The notes beneath the pieces are model-generated. The model made no database searches. It was not told the DNA's origin and worked only from the letters and a program-made list of their open reading frames with translations. Below are positions 18,862-28,756 of a stretch of 64,000 bases of DNA, piece after piece. Source of the stretch: Candidatus Bathyarchaeota archaeon (GTDB lineage Archaea > Thermoproteota > Bathyarchaeia > Bathyarchaeales > Bathycorpusculaceae); assembly GCA_963828195.1 (NCBI GenBank), contig CAWHDT010000002.1, positions 14,391 to 78,390 on the forward strand. The letters run 5' to 3'. Each line of letters opens with the position of its first letter. Position 1 is the first letter of the stretch. A program made the position numbers and the translations under genes.

Positions 18862-21800
18862 TTATGCCTTCTCCTTAAGTCTTAATTTGGGTGTAATGCA
18901 AAGGCTTTGAAGCTCCTGCAGCAGAAGCTTGAAAGCATACGAAACGATTACGGGTGAAATCTTCGCTTTTTCGTCGCATATCCTGCAGACGTAGCGTCTT
19001 TGTTTCATGTCGAAGTACGCAATTTGACCACAGTTCTCGCATATATATAGCGTGTACTTATCTGACTCTTCCAGCAACCTGTCTCTAAGCAGCATAGCAG
19101 CGCCGTGACCGATAAGGCAGTCTCTCTCCATTTCCCCGAATCTTAGACCCCCGCCTCTGGCTCTGCCTTCCGTTGGCTGTCTTGTTAACATCTGTACCTG
19201 GCCACGGGCTCTGGCGTGTATTTTGTCTGCAACCATATGGTGAAGTTTTTGGTAATAGACTACTCCGACGAAGACGTCTGCAACGAATTTTTCGCCTGTA
19301 GTGCCGTTGTAGAAGACCTCGCTTCCAGTGTGGCTGTAACCAAGTTTTATGAGGTTCTTACGGACTTCGGTGGGACCTTCGTTTGAGAATGGTGTTCCGT
19401 TGGCTGGTTTTCCTCTTGCTGAAGCAGCTTTTCCAGCGATGGATTCGATGAATTGGCCGATGGTCATTCTTGAGGGTATGGCATGTGGGTTGATTATTAG
19501 GTCAGGTACCATGCCGTCATCAGTGAAGGGCAGGTCCTCTTGGGGCACAATTAAGCCTATGACTCCTTTTTGTCCGTGGCGTGAAGCGAATTTGTCGCCA
19601 AGCTCTGGGACCCGTTGGTCGCGAACTCTAACTTTTACAAGTTGGCTGCCTTCGCCTGACATTGTTATGAATATGCCGTCTACAATCCCTGTTTCGGAGG
19701 GACGCATATCGACTGAGGTATCACGCATCGATGGACCTTTAACTTCGAATTCCTTGTATTCTTCCAAGAATCTTGGTGGGCTGATTCTGCCGATTAACAC
19801 GTCTCCGCCGACAACCTGTGATTCTAAACTGATTATTCCGTCAGGCTCAAGCAAACGGTAATATTGTTCGCCGCGGTAACCGCGGGTTCCAGGCTCGGGA
19901 ACCGTGAACTTGTCTTTTAATCCGCCTAGGTACTGGCGGCATTCTGCTTCGTAAATGCGGTAGAATGTGGATCTGGCTAAGCCGCGTTCTATGGATGCTT
20001 TGTTGAATATTATCGCGTCTTCCATGTTGTAGCCTTCGAAGCTAAGCACAGCGACGATGCAGTTTTGACCTGTGGGCCGTTGTTTGTAGCCCATGACTTC
20101 CATCAGTTCGGTTTCAACCATGGGAACTTGGGGATAATGCAATATGTGGGAGCGCGAGTCAACGCGGTGGTGGAAGTTGGTGCCGTAAACGCCCAGCGCT
20201 TGTTTAGCCATAGCTGCCTGGTATGAGTTGCGAGGCGACTGGTTATGTTCAGGATACGGGATTGTTGAGGCGCAGATTCCAAGAATCGTGTAAGTGGCAA
20301 TTTCTACATGAGTGTTTGTAGGTTGAATTGCATCAAATGTTAAGGCGATGTAAGCGTTTTCTTCTTCTTCAGCGTCCAAATACTCGATTAAACCGTTCTT
20401 AACAACATCTTCCCAAGTCCACTCGCCTAAACCGATCTTTTCAAAATGTTTAGGCTGAAGCTTCGAAACCCCATTTTCAACGATAATAAGTGGGCGCCTG
20501 ACTCTGCCTTCGTCACAGTTAGCATGCACTTCTTCAGTTTCGGTTTGCTGCCTTGAGAAATATGTTACGTTTACTTCTGTTGAAATTTCTCCAGCGCGTC
20601 TTTTCTCGCGGAAAGACTTCACCATTTCCTGCGGGTTATTACAATAGCCAATTATGTTTCCGTCAACGAAAACTTTAGCTCCTGAAATACGCAATTCGCG
20701 GCTGGCTTCTGCTGCCGGCACAGAACCCATTTCAAAAAGCAACTGCTTTACTCTGTCAGGATTTACTCCAACAGCAATCGAGGCGGATAATGCCAAGTTT
20801 TTGACCAAGCCACAGTTAGAGCCTTCGGGGGTTTCGTTTGGACACAAGCGTCCCCAGTGAGTTGGATGCAAGTCTCTGGCTTCGAAGTTTGGTTGGCTTC
20901 TGCTCAATGGAGATTGGAGCCTACGCAGGTGGCTCAGCGTTGAAATGTAGTTTGTTCGATCTAGCAGTTGAGTGATGCCGACTCTGCCTCTTCCCCAGTT
21001 GCCTGTTGCCAAAGCATGCTGGAAACGTTCAGTTATAATACCTGGGCGAACAGCAGCTGAAACGGTTATGATTGGTCCTTTAACGCCTATGCGTTCAAGC
21101 TGATACTTTATATCGCGGGTTAAGTTCCTGAATGAAACACGGAACAGGTCTGCAAGAAGTGGACCGCCAAGTCGAAGACGTTTGTTTTTGAAGTGGTCTT
21201 TATCGTCAGGTTGCCTTCTGCCCGTTTTCAACTGCAGAACTCTGTAAGCCATTTCGCCTAGGAAAATTGCTTTTTCCTTTCGGTTCTTTTCGCTTCTGCC
21301 CAGATGCGGCAAAAAGTTTTTGTCCAGGGCGGTTTCGGCTTTCTGCAGTCGGTACTCTTCAACTTGTCCGTGTGCAACGCGGTTCCCGATGAACAGGATT
21401 GCGTCAGCAGGTGTATCTACGCCGATGGCTTTTTCAAAAGAAGCGGCAAGTTGGCTTTGCATTTCGCTGTCAAGCGAGACAGCTTCTGCGATGTCTTTGT
21501 CTTTTTCCAGGCTTAAGGCACGCATTATAACGACAAATGGGATTTCAGTCGGCACTCCGGGCATGGTAACGTAGATGGCATCGTCTGATTTGAGTTTAAG
21601 TTCAATTCGTGCTCTGAAGCCAACTGTGGTTGAGAAAATTTTTGCTTGGTAAACAGGCGAGGTTCCTTTCTCGTCGATGTCTACGATAACTCGGTTAGGC
21701 GCCAAGTCTTCCATGGCAACGATGACTCGTTCAGAACCGTTAACCACGAAGTATCCGCCTTGATCGTCAGGGTCTTCTCCTGCGGCGATAAGTTCTTCTT

Positions 21801-22230
21801 CGGAGAGTTGCGATAGGAAGCAGAGTTTTGATTTAAGCATGACTGGGATGTTGCCGATGTAGACTAGTTCCGTGTCCTGTTCTCTTCCGTCGATTACCGG
21901 CGTCATTTCCAGTGCGATTGGCGCTGAATATGCTAAGTTGCGCAGTCTGGCTTCCATGGGGTAAATTTCGTGTTTGGTGCCGTCTACTTCGGTTACGTAT
22001 GGGCTGGTGATGCGTGATTGCGGGTCAATTACCCAGATTTGCCCAAGTTTTACTTTGTAGGGGCTTTCTGGAACTTCAATGGGGATTTCCGCGACTTCGT
22101 CAACAACTTCTTGTAAGCCATGGTCGATGAATTCGTTGTAGCTGTCAAGGTGCTGGCGTACGAGGCCTTTTTGGTTGAAAAAAGTTTTCAGTAACTCGCG
22201 GATATCTTCTTTTTGGATAAGTGCAGTCAA
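18862..22230 (-). CDS. rpoB: RNA polymerase subunit B, unsplit
   Basis: GGYFVVNGSERV, GDKFASRHGQKG, GGLRFGEMERD, C-terminal Zn ribbon. Confidence 0.98.
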   Translation of the reverse strand: MTALIQKEDIRELLKTFFNQKGLVRQHLDSYNEFIDHGLQEVVDEVAEIPIEVPESPYKVKLGQIWVIDPQSRITSPYVTEVDGTKHEIYPMEARLRNLAYSAPIALEMTPVIDGREQDTELVYIGNIPVMLKSKLCFLSQLSEEELIAAGEDPDDQGGYFVVNGSERVIVAMEDLAPNRVIVDIDEKGTSPVYQAKIFSTTVGFRARIELKLKSDDAIYVTMPGVPTEIPFVVIMRALSLEKDKDIAEAVSLDSEMQSQLAASFEKAIGVDTPADAILFIGNRVAHGQVEEYRLQKAETALDKNFLPHLGRSEKNRKEKAIFLGEMAYRVLQLKTGRRQPDDKDHFKNKRLRLGGPLLADLFRVSFRNLTRDIKYQLERIGVKGPIITVSAAVRPGIITERFQHALATGNWGRGRVGITQLLDRTNYISTLSHLRRLQSPLSRSQPNFEARDLHPTHWGRLCPNETPEGSNCGLVKNLALSASIAVGVNPDRVKQLLFEMGSVPAAEASRELRISGAKVFVDGNIIGYCNNPQEMVKSFREKRRAGEISTEVNVTYFSRQQTETEEVHANCDEGRVRRPLIIVENGVSKLQPKHFEKIGLGEWTWEDVVKNGLIEYLDAEEEENAYIALTFDAIQPTNTHVEIATYTILGICASTIPYPEHNQSPRNSYQAAMAKQALGVYGTNFHHRVDSRSHILHYPQVPMVETELMEVMGYKQRPTGQNCIVAVLSFEGYNMEDAIIFNKASIERGLARSTFYRIYEAECRQYLGGLKDKFTVPEPGTRGYRGEQYYRLLEPDGIISLESQVVGGDVLIGRISPPRFLEEYKEFEVKGPSMRDTSVDMRPSETGIVDGIFITMSGEGSQLVKVRVRDQRVPELGDKFASRHGQKGVIGLIVPQEDLPFTDDGMVPDLIINPHAIPSRMTIGQFIESIAGKAASARGKPANGTPFSNEGPTEVRKNLIKLGYSHTGSEVFYNGTTGEKFVADVFVGVVYYQKLHHMVADKIHARARGQVQMLTRQPTEGRARGGGLRFGEMERDCLIGHGAAMLLRDRLLEESDKYTLYICENCGQIAYFDMKQRRYVCRICDEKAKISPVIVSYAFKLLLQELQSLCITPKLRLKEKA

Positions 22231-22567
22231 ACTCTTTTTTCTCCATAAATTTTATGTTCTTGTGATTTCGTTAGTGTTTTCAAACTTCCAACTCCTTCGA
22301 TATGGGATCATCCATTTGAAAAAGGATTCTACGGACTTTTCTAAGAGCACAAACACATGCTACAGAGCTATCTAATAAACCTTATCGTGCACAACGCGGC
22401 TAAACTGAAGGAGCAATAAACTTCCATAATGCAACTACACTAAAAAATGTTTGCTGACTTGCCGCATAACAAAGAAAAACGCGAAAGAAAACTGAAGAGG
22501 TGCGTAAATTGAAAAGCGGTTTCCGCCAGAAAGCAAATTTGAGAAAACAGGTTTTTGGCAGATTTTT

Positions 22568-22815
22568 AAGTTGCGACTTTGTGGTTTGGGGAAGTTGCGA
22601 CTTTCCGCGTTGGCTCTTTGTGTTTTGGGTTGTTTTGTTGGTTTGGGGTTTGAAGGCGTTTGTTTGTTGCGACTTTAGGATGGGCGGGATGCGACTTTGC
22701 ATGTTGACTCCATGTTGAAGTTATTGTCGGTTATGGCCGCGGCGGTTTTCAAGGCGTCGGGTTCGGTTTTGCTTGGGTTTCAATTTGGGGTTGCTGGTTT
22801 TGAGAGTTGCGACTT
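22568..22815. repeat. Cluster of five near-palindromic (AAGT)TGCGACTT motifs in a G/T-skewed intergenic region
   Basis: Copies at about 22568, 22592, 22666, 22690 and 22805. Confidence 0.65.
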
Positions 22816-23098
22816 CGGCTTAACCTAAATTGAAAATGGGGTTCGTCGCGCAATCAAGAAAAATCGGCAACGCCAAGCATACAGATTCCAAGTCGAAAAC
22901 CACCTAAACGAAATACTCGCATGCGGCGCGGAATACCAAAGAACCCGAACGGACCCTTAACGGTGATTTTGGCAAAACTGATGCGTCCTCGATTTTATCA
23001 GTCTAAGTCCTCGACCCCTTTGCATATTTTTCCGTAAAGTTAAAGAGGTCAAACAGTTAAAAGTGTATTAAAACATGGCACATTGAGATTTTAAGAGC

Positions 23099-23395
23099 AT
23101 GGAAAAGTCACTTGAAGAAGTAAAACTGCAGCTTCAGGCATTAAAACCCACTTTAAACAGGCGATTCAAGGTGGAAACAGTAGATATTTTCGGCTCATTT
23201 GCCAGAGGAGAGCAGAACGAAAAAAGCGATTTAGATATTCTGGTGACGTATTCTGAAATGGTTGATTTCCTTCTAATTGCCCGCTTACGAAGATACCTCA
23301 GACGCAAACTACACATGAAAGTTGATGTAATCTCAAAAGAGTTTCTAAATAAATACATTAAAGAAAAAGTACTAGAGGAAGCTGTGCCCGTGTGA
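23099..23395 (+). CDS. Minimal nucleotidyltransferase (MNT antitoxin)
   Basis: IFGSFARGEQNEKSDLDILV and KVDV. Confidence 0.92.
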   Translation: MEKSLEEVKLQLQALKPTLNRRFKVETVDIFGSFARGEQNEKSDLDILVTYSEMVDFLLIARLRRYLRRKLHMKVDVISKEFLNKYIKEKVLEEAVPV

Positions 23396-23411
23396 AAAGG
23401 CCGTTGATTGA

Positions 23412-23738
23412 ATGCGTGAGGTCGTCTTTGAAGTAATCTCGAAGCTCTCAAAGAAGATTGCTTTGACAGCCAATGGATATGAACATGTTTCTGAGAGGCA
23501 TCCTGAGGTTTCGGGCGAGGTCGAGAAGATGAGGAACACGCTGGTCAACCCACAAGTAATCAGGAAAAGTACGTATGAAGACAAGGTTTGGTTGTTCTAC
23601 AGGCTATTTGATAAAACGCCTGTCAGTCGGAAATATTTAATGGTTGGCGTGAGATTATTCAATAATGAAGGAATTGTGATTACGAGTTACTTCACAGACA
23701 AAATTAAGATGGGTGACGAAATTTGGCAAGAAGAATAA
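23412..23738 (+). CDS. BECR/RelE-like toxin (PBECR2/DUF4258-like)
   Basis: LTANGYEHVSERHPE...TLVNP...LFYR...VITSYF; paired with a DUF2283-like gene. Confidence 0.7.
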   Translation: MREVVFEVISKLSKKIALTANGYEHVSERHPEVSGEVEKMRNTLVNPQVIRKSTYEDKVWLFYRLFDKTPVSRKYLMVGVRLFNNEGIVITSYFTDKIKMGDEIWQEE

Positions 23739-23959
23739 ACTTCTTCTTTGACGAAGAAAGCGATGTACTAGACATTACTATAGGGGAGCCCAAAAAAGCC
23801 GTTGCTAAAGAGCTTAAAAACGACGTAGCTGTCAGATGCGACCCTGCGACAGGTGAAATAGTGGGCATAGTAATATTGAATTTCAGAAAAAGATTTGAAG
23901 GAAAAAACAAGCCAGAGAAAATTGATCTCCCCCTCAACATAACCATAACACCAAGCTAA
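23723..23959 (+). CDS. DUF2283-like antitoxin
   Basis: FDEESDVLDI...D..TGEIVGIVILNF. Confidence 0.85.
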   Translation: MARRINFFFDEESDVLDITIGEPKKAVAKELKNDVAVRCDPATGEIVGIVILNFRKRFEGKNKPEKIDLPLNITITPS

Positions 23960-24046
23960 CAACATAAAATAATACGTCAATTTCTATGCGTTCAACCAAA
24001 GCTATGCGTTGTTGAATTTTCAAAGAATTCTTAGTCAGGAACTGTG

Positions 24047-24934
24047 TTAGCGTTTAATTATCTGCATGTCGATGTTCTTGTTGTCGATATTTACTGCCTT
24101 TTTAGTCAAAATTGGTAGTAGGTTTTGGTCGGTTTCATACCCGACGCTGTTGCGTTCGTTCTGCATGGCTACTTTTGCGGTTGTTCCCGAGCCTAAAAAC
24201 GGGTCTAGTACTGTGTCGCCTTTTATGCTGAACATTTTGATTAGGCGGTCTGCGATTTCGTCGGGGTAGGCTGCGGTTCTTCTTTCCAGTTCGTTTGAGG
24301 TCTGCCGTGTTCCCTTGAGTGCCCAGATTTGGCTGAACCACTCGTCCCGCTGGGGTTTAGTGAAGGCGCTGTCGTATCGGGTTTTGTCTTTGGGCGGGAA
24401 TTTGCGGAGGCTACCTTTCCTGAATAGGAGGATGAATTCGCAGTCCAATGTGACGTAGGCATTTGGCGGCAGAAAACCTGAGCCTAAAAACGCGCCTTTA
24501 CCCTTGTATTTCGGCTTAGTCGTGGGTTTCTTCCAAAGAATGTAGGGCAGCGTGGTGAAGCCGATTTTTTCGCAAATCTCCATGATCCGCGCATGGTTGG
24601 GAAAAAGCTTGAATTTGCCGTTTACTGTGCGTGTTGCATCGCCGATGTTTATGCAGGCTATGCCCCCGTCGCAGAGAACGCGGTATGTTTCCCGCCAAAC
24701 CTCCCCGAGGTAAAGGTGCATTGCATCGTAAATTTGCGGGACAGCCTCGTCTTCGCAGTCCTCTTCCAGTTTCCGCCACAGCGCCCCAATCCTTGGGTCG
24801 GCATCTGAGAAGAGGTTGTCCCACATCTGGATCATGGGGTAAGGCGGCGAAGTAACCATCAGCTGGATGCTGCCGTCTTTGAGTTCTGGCATCGTTTGGC
24901 TGTTGCCGAGGATTATTTTGTGTTCCGTGTGCAT
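24047..24934 (-). CDS. Beta-class N4-cytosine DNA methyltransferase, M.MthZI/Zim-like (CTAG inferred)
   Basis: VTSPPYPMIQMWD, INIGDATR, GSGFLPPNAYVT, VLDPFLGSGTT. Confidence 0.88.
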   Translation of the reverse strand: MHTEHKIILGNSQTMPELKDGSIQLMVTSPPYPMIQMWDNLFSDADPRIGALWRKLEEDCEDEAVPQIYDAMHLYLGEVWRETYRVLCDGGIACINIGDATRTVNGKFKLFPNHARIMEICEKIGFTTLPYILWKKPTTKPKYKGKGAFLGSGFLPPNAYVTLDCEFILLFRKGSLRKFPPKDKTRYDSAFTKPQRDEWFSQIWALKGTRQTSNELERRTAAYPDEIADRLIKMFSIKGDTVLDPFLGSGTTAKVAMQNERNSVGYETDQNLLPILTKKAVNIDNKNIDMQIIKR

Positions 24935-25055
24935 GCGTATTCCATACTGTATCGTCTGGCGAGCGCTTTTACTTTTGCGGTAACTGCTCGGAATCAACAG
25001 ACAGGAAACCCAAAATAACCTAGCCGAGTTTAATCTATTGTTAAAGTGAACCAAA

Positions 25056-26846
25056 ATGACCAGCAGCACTAATCAGGAAATCACTTGGGATCTAAGTGAG
25101 CTTTTTCCCAGAATCACTGACCCCTCCGTTGAAAAAACATTGAATACAGCAAAGGTTTTTGCAGATGACTTTGAGGGCAAATACCGGGGAAAAATAGCCT
25201 CCCTTGAGCCTACCAATCTGCTCCGTTGCATCCAGGAGTTGGAAGATTTTGATGTTAAGCTCGGCGACGTTTCGCTTTTTGCTGGCTTGTCTTTTTCGGC
25301 TAACATGACGTTGCCTGAGGTGCAGGCGCTTTATGATAGGGTGAGCAAGTTTGAGGCGCAGTTGGGTAAGCAGTTGGCGTTTTTTTCGCTGGAACTTGGT
25401 GCGCTTGTGAAAGCTAAGCCCGAAATTATTGACGAGCCAGTTTTGTCTGTGTACAAACATATGTTGGAACGCGTGCAACGTCGTGTGGCTCATCAGCTTA
25501 GCGAGGTGGAGGAGCAGCTTATCATCGAGAAGGACCAGTTTGGGGTTCAAGGTTGGGAGGAGCTGCAGAGTAAATGGCTAAACACCCGCACCTTCGACAT
25601 CATGGTTCTTGGGGAGAAGAAGACGTTGAGCTACGGCGAAGCAAACGGATTATTGTCTCACCCTGACAGGGCAACTCGGGAGTCGGCGAACCGAGCGATT
25701 TACGGGTTGCTTGGCAGAGACGGCGAAGTTTTCTCTGCAGCTCTGCGCAGCATCTGCAACGACTGGGTCACCGTTTCGCAGCGCAGAAAATACGCCTCGC
25801 CCATGGAGTCCAGCCTCATGAACAATGACACCGAAGAGGCAATAATTGAGAATCTGCTGAAAGCGATAGAAGAAAACTCTGGAGCGTATCGCCGTTACCT
25901 TAAACTTAAAGCTAAATTCATGAACCTGCCCGTCCTCGGAAACCACGACATCGTCGCCCCCCTACCCGAAGCGCCCGAATTGAAATACACGTTTGAAGAA
26001 GCCCAAAGCCTCATCACACGCGCATACAGCCGCTTCGACGAAGAATACGCCGCGGCAGTCAAAGAAATGTTTGCAAAACGCCGCATCGATGCAACTCCAA
26101 GGTTTGGGAAACGCAACGGTGCCTTCTGCGCAAGCTGGTATCGAGGCAAATCAGCCTTCATCCTTGACAGCTTCAACGGAAACCTCAGCGACGTTTACAC
26201 GTTAGCGCATGAGTTGGGACATGCTACCCACGATTACTACATGTCTCGGAGCCAAACGCTCATGAACACAGCCGTGCCGTCCACTGTAGCGGAGACCGCA
26301 TCTATTTTCGGCGAATTATTACTGACAGACCTCCTGCTTAGCGAGGCGAAATCAAGCAAAGAGCAGAAAGAAATTCTGTGCCAAGTTCTCGACGAATCAG
26401 GAATGACGACTTTTCAAGTTACCGCCCGCGTCTGGTTCGAGCAGGCGCTCTACGCCTCCATTCAGAAAGGCGAATACCTTGATTACCCAACTATCTGCAA
26501 GCACTGGACAGCAGCACGCGACCGCATTTTCGGCGACGCAGTCACGTGGTTCCCAGAAATGGAGGCTGAATGGACCATGAAACCGCATTATTACATGGCG
26601 AACTACCGCTTCTACAACTACCCCTACGTCTACGCCCAAATGTTCGTCTACAGCCTCTACGAGCGGTACCTCGAAGAGGGCAAAGCGTTCGTGCCTAAAC
26701 TGGTCAAGGCATTGGCGGCGGGAAGCAGCGTATCACCAGTGGAAATCGGCAAAATCGTCGGCTTAAACGTGGCAGACCCCAGCTTCTGGAACGGCGGCTT
26801 AAAAGTGTTCAAACGCTTCATAACTGACCTGGAAAAAGTCACTTAA
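25056..26846 (+). CDS. pepF: Oligoendopeptidase F (M3B)
   Basis: WDLSELF, GKRNGAFC, HELGH, AETASIFGE, FYNYPY. Confidence 0.93.
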   Translation: MTSSTNQEITWDLSELFPRITDPSVEKTLNTAKVFADDFEGKYRGKIASLEPTNLLRCIQELEDFDVKLGDVSLFAGLSFSANMTLPEVQALYDRVSKFEAQLGKQLAFFSLELGALVKAKPEIIDEPVLSVYKHMLERVQRRVAHQLSEVEEQLIIEKDQFGVQGWEELQSKWLNTRTFDIMVLGEKKTLSYGEANGLLSHPDRATRESANRAIYGLLGRDGEVFSAALRSICNDWVTVSQRRKYASPMESSLMNNDTEEAIIENLLKAIEENSGAYRRYLKLKAKFMNLPVLGNHDIVAPLPEAPELKYTFEEAQSLITRAYSRFDEEYAAAVKEMFAKRRIDATPRFGKRNGAFCASWYRGKSAFILDSFNGNLSDVYTLAHELGHATHDYYMSRSQTLMNTAVPSTVAETASIFGELLLTDLLLSEAKSSKEQKEILCQVLDESGMTTFQVTARVWFEQALYASIQKGEYLDYPTICKHWTAARDRIFGDAVTWFPEMEAEWTMKPHYYMANYRFYNYPYVYAQMFVYSLYERYLEEGKAFVPKLVKALAAGSSVSPVEIGKIVGLNVADPSFWNGGLKVFKRFITDLEKVT

Positions 26847-26859
26847 TTTTCTGGAAGTT

Positions 26860-27609
26860 TTATTTGAAGAGGAAGATTTTTTTTATTACATCTATCCCTT
26901 TTTGAGTTATGATGTAGTCACCTTTGTTGTCCTCTTGAATTATCAAGCCTGAATCAAGAAGCTTTTTTAAGTGAAAAATCAGATGCCCACCTTTCAAGTT
27001 ACTTATCTGCGATAGCTTCGAAAAGCTTTTTTTGCCCTCATAAATGCCGAGGAAAATCTTTAGCCTTGCAGAATTAGCCAGCGGCTCCAGCACCGTCTCA
27101 ACTAAACGATCAATATTTATTTGCTCGTTGTTTTGGTCGTCAGATGCTTTTTCGACAAGAACGACTGTTTGAAAAGTTCTTTTTTGTCTTTTCAGTTTTT
27201 TCTGGAAGTTCTGGTGGCATTCTTCGCAGGGCTCTCCTTTTGTTTTTTCGGCGGTTTGCGCGATTTTGCTTATTTTAGAATCCAAGTCTGCAAGCGCGTT
27301 TTCTGGGTTTGCTTCTTGGGATAGGTTGAGGTTTTCGGTGGCGATGGCTCTAAATGTTTCGATGCATCTAAGCCGTTTTTGGCATTGGGGGTTGACTATT
27401 TCTTCTAAGTCTTCGCCAAGTTCATCCTGCATTTGCTTTGCATATAGCATGAGTCGGTTTTGGCTTAAGGCTTGCTCGACCGCTTTTACGCGCTCTTTCA
27501 GAATTGAGCCTTCTATCCTGTTTAATTCAGCTCGCAGGGTTTTTACTTCTGACTGCAGCTCCAAAAGTGAGTTTAGCATTGTTTGCGGGGTGTCTTTTTT
27601 GTTGGACAT
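26860..27609 (-). CDS. ArsR-family regulator with Cys-containing N-terminal region
   Basis: PLANSARLKIF...SFSKLS...GGHLIFHLKKL...YIITQKG; CQKRLRC and CEEC. Confidence 0.82.
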   Translation of the reverse strand: MSNKKDTPQTMLNSLLELQSEVKTLRAELNRIEGSILKERVKAVEQALSQNRLMLYAKQMQDELGEDLEEIVNPQCQKRLRCIETFRAIATENLNLSQEANPENALADLDSKISKIAQTAEKTKGEPCEECHQNFQKKLKRQKRTFQTVVLVEKASDDQNNEQINIDRLVETVLEPLANSARLKIFLGIYEGKKSFSKLSQISNLKGGHLIFHLKKLLDSGLIIQEDNKGDYIITQKGIDVIKKIFLFK

Positions 27610-27704
27610 TTTGCGACCTTGTTTTGGTATATTTTTATGACCTAAAACTATATAAAATTACCTGAGCTAAGTCATCCTCAAGGAAAAATTATGGAGGTGT
27701 ATAA

Positions 27705-28145
27705 TTGCCAAAAATACTAATTGCGTATTACTCTAAAACTGGAAATACCGAAAAAATCGCCAAGCTCATCGCGGAAGGAGCCAAAACCGTAAGCGGCGCA
27801 ACCGTTGAGGTAAAAAACGTGGCGCAAATCAATGCGAAAGAAGCCGTTGAAGCAGATGCATTCGCGTTTGGCTCGCCAGCCTATTTCAGCATGATGTCAG
27901 GACCCCTGCTCACACTGCTCACCGAGTTTTACTTCAACAAAGAAAAACTTGCAGGCAAACCGATGGCAGCATTTGCAACCGGAGGCGGAAGCCAAGCAAA
28001 AGCGGTAGAGCACATAGAGAGCATTCTGAAAGCTTTTAACCCGAAAATTATCCAGCCAGGGCTCGCTGTCAGCAGCACCATTTCAAAAGCCGACGAACAA
28101 CAGGCTAAAGCGCTTGGAGAAAAACTCGCCAAAGCAGCAGCATAA
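27705..28145 (+). CDS. Flavodoxin/WrbA-like protein
   Basis: YYSKTGNTEKIA, GSPAY, AFATGG. Confidence 0.9.
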   Translation: MPKILIAYYSKTGNTEKIAKLIAEGAKTVSGATVEVKNVAQINAKEAVEADAFAFGSPAYFSMMSGPLLTLLTEFYFNKEKLAGKPMAAFATGGGSQAKAVEHIESILKAFNPKIIQPGLAVSSTISKADEQQAKALGEKLAKAAA

Positions 28146-28316
28146 AACCACCAAAAATAAAATTAGCCAAAACCAACTTCCCATTTTACCTTTTTTATTC
28201 AGACTGACTTTCTCCATTGGGAGCTTTTTCTGAAAGAACTAAATTTTAAGCGTATAGCCGCTGCACTGATGGAAATGATTAATAAGACAGAAGCAAGACA
28301 TTTTTAGCTGCATTGT

Positions 28317-28439
28317 GCTGAGGTAACCAAGCCAGGTCAAAGGTGAAGGACTCAAGATCTCGACGCTTTGACTTGAGCGCCCGAATGGGAAATCCTTTCC
28401 CGCAGGGGTTCGCAGGTTCGAATCCTGCCCTCAGCACCA
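28317..28439 (+). tRNA. tRNA-Leu(CAA) with a 35-nt intron (28357-28391) at the canonical 37/38 site; CCA encoded
   Basis: Acceptor GCTGAGG/CCTCAGC, anticodon arm AAGGA-CTCAAG|A-TCCTT, BHB helix CTCA/TGGG with 3-nt bulges, long variable arm, GGTTCGAATCC. Confidence 0.93.
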
Positions 28440-28513
28440 ACTAATCCAGAATTTTCATAGGAAAATTTTAGTAGCCTACCCTTGTAAATGTAGTTGTTCG
28501 CTTGGTGGCTTAG

Positions 28514-28756
28514 TTGGTTAAAACAGTCTTGACAGAGCAGGACAAGAGAGACTTCAAAGCCATAGCCTTGGAACTTTTAGAAATCAGCAAGCTCGTCGAT
28601 AAACTTGCCGAAACCTTGGTAAACCTAAGCGACAAAGAACTGTTGAAGCTTTGTAATGCAAGCCAAAACGGCGACCTTAAAGAAAAACAAGTAGAAAAAT
28701 ACGAAGAAACGCTGGAAAAACAACTCGACATCGCCGAAAAAGAATTTCGGCAATAA
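28514..28756 (+). CDS. Small protein resembling an orphan antitoxin
   Basis: LAETLVNLSDKELLK resembles the ETLxxLxDxEL pattern of RelB/Phd-type antitoxins. Confidence 0.5.
   Translation: MVKTVLTEQDKRDFKAIALELLEISKLVDKLAETLVNLSDKELLKLCNASQNGDLKEKQVEKYEETLEKQLDIAEKEFRQ

Noticed and set aside
22400-22718. ORFs of 100 aa (-) and 72 aa (+)
   Set aside because: Low-complexity translations of the skewed repeat region with no recognisable motif.
22568-22815. CRISPR array or ORB-type origin
   Set aside because: Units are only 9-13 bp with irregular spacing, do not match the ORB consensus, and no cas or orc1/cdc6 gene is nearby.
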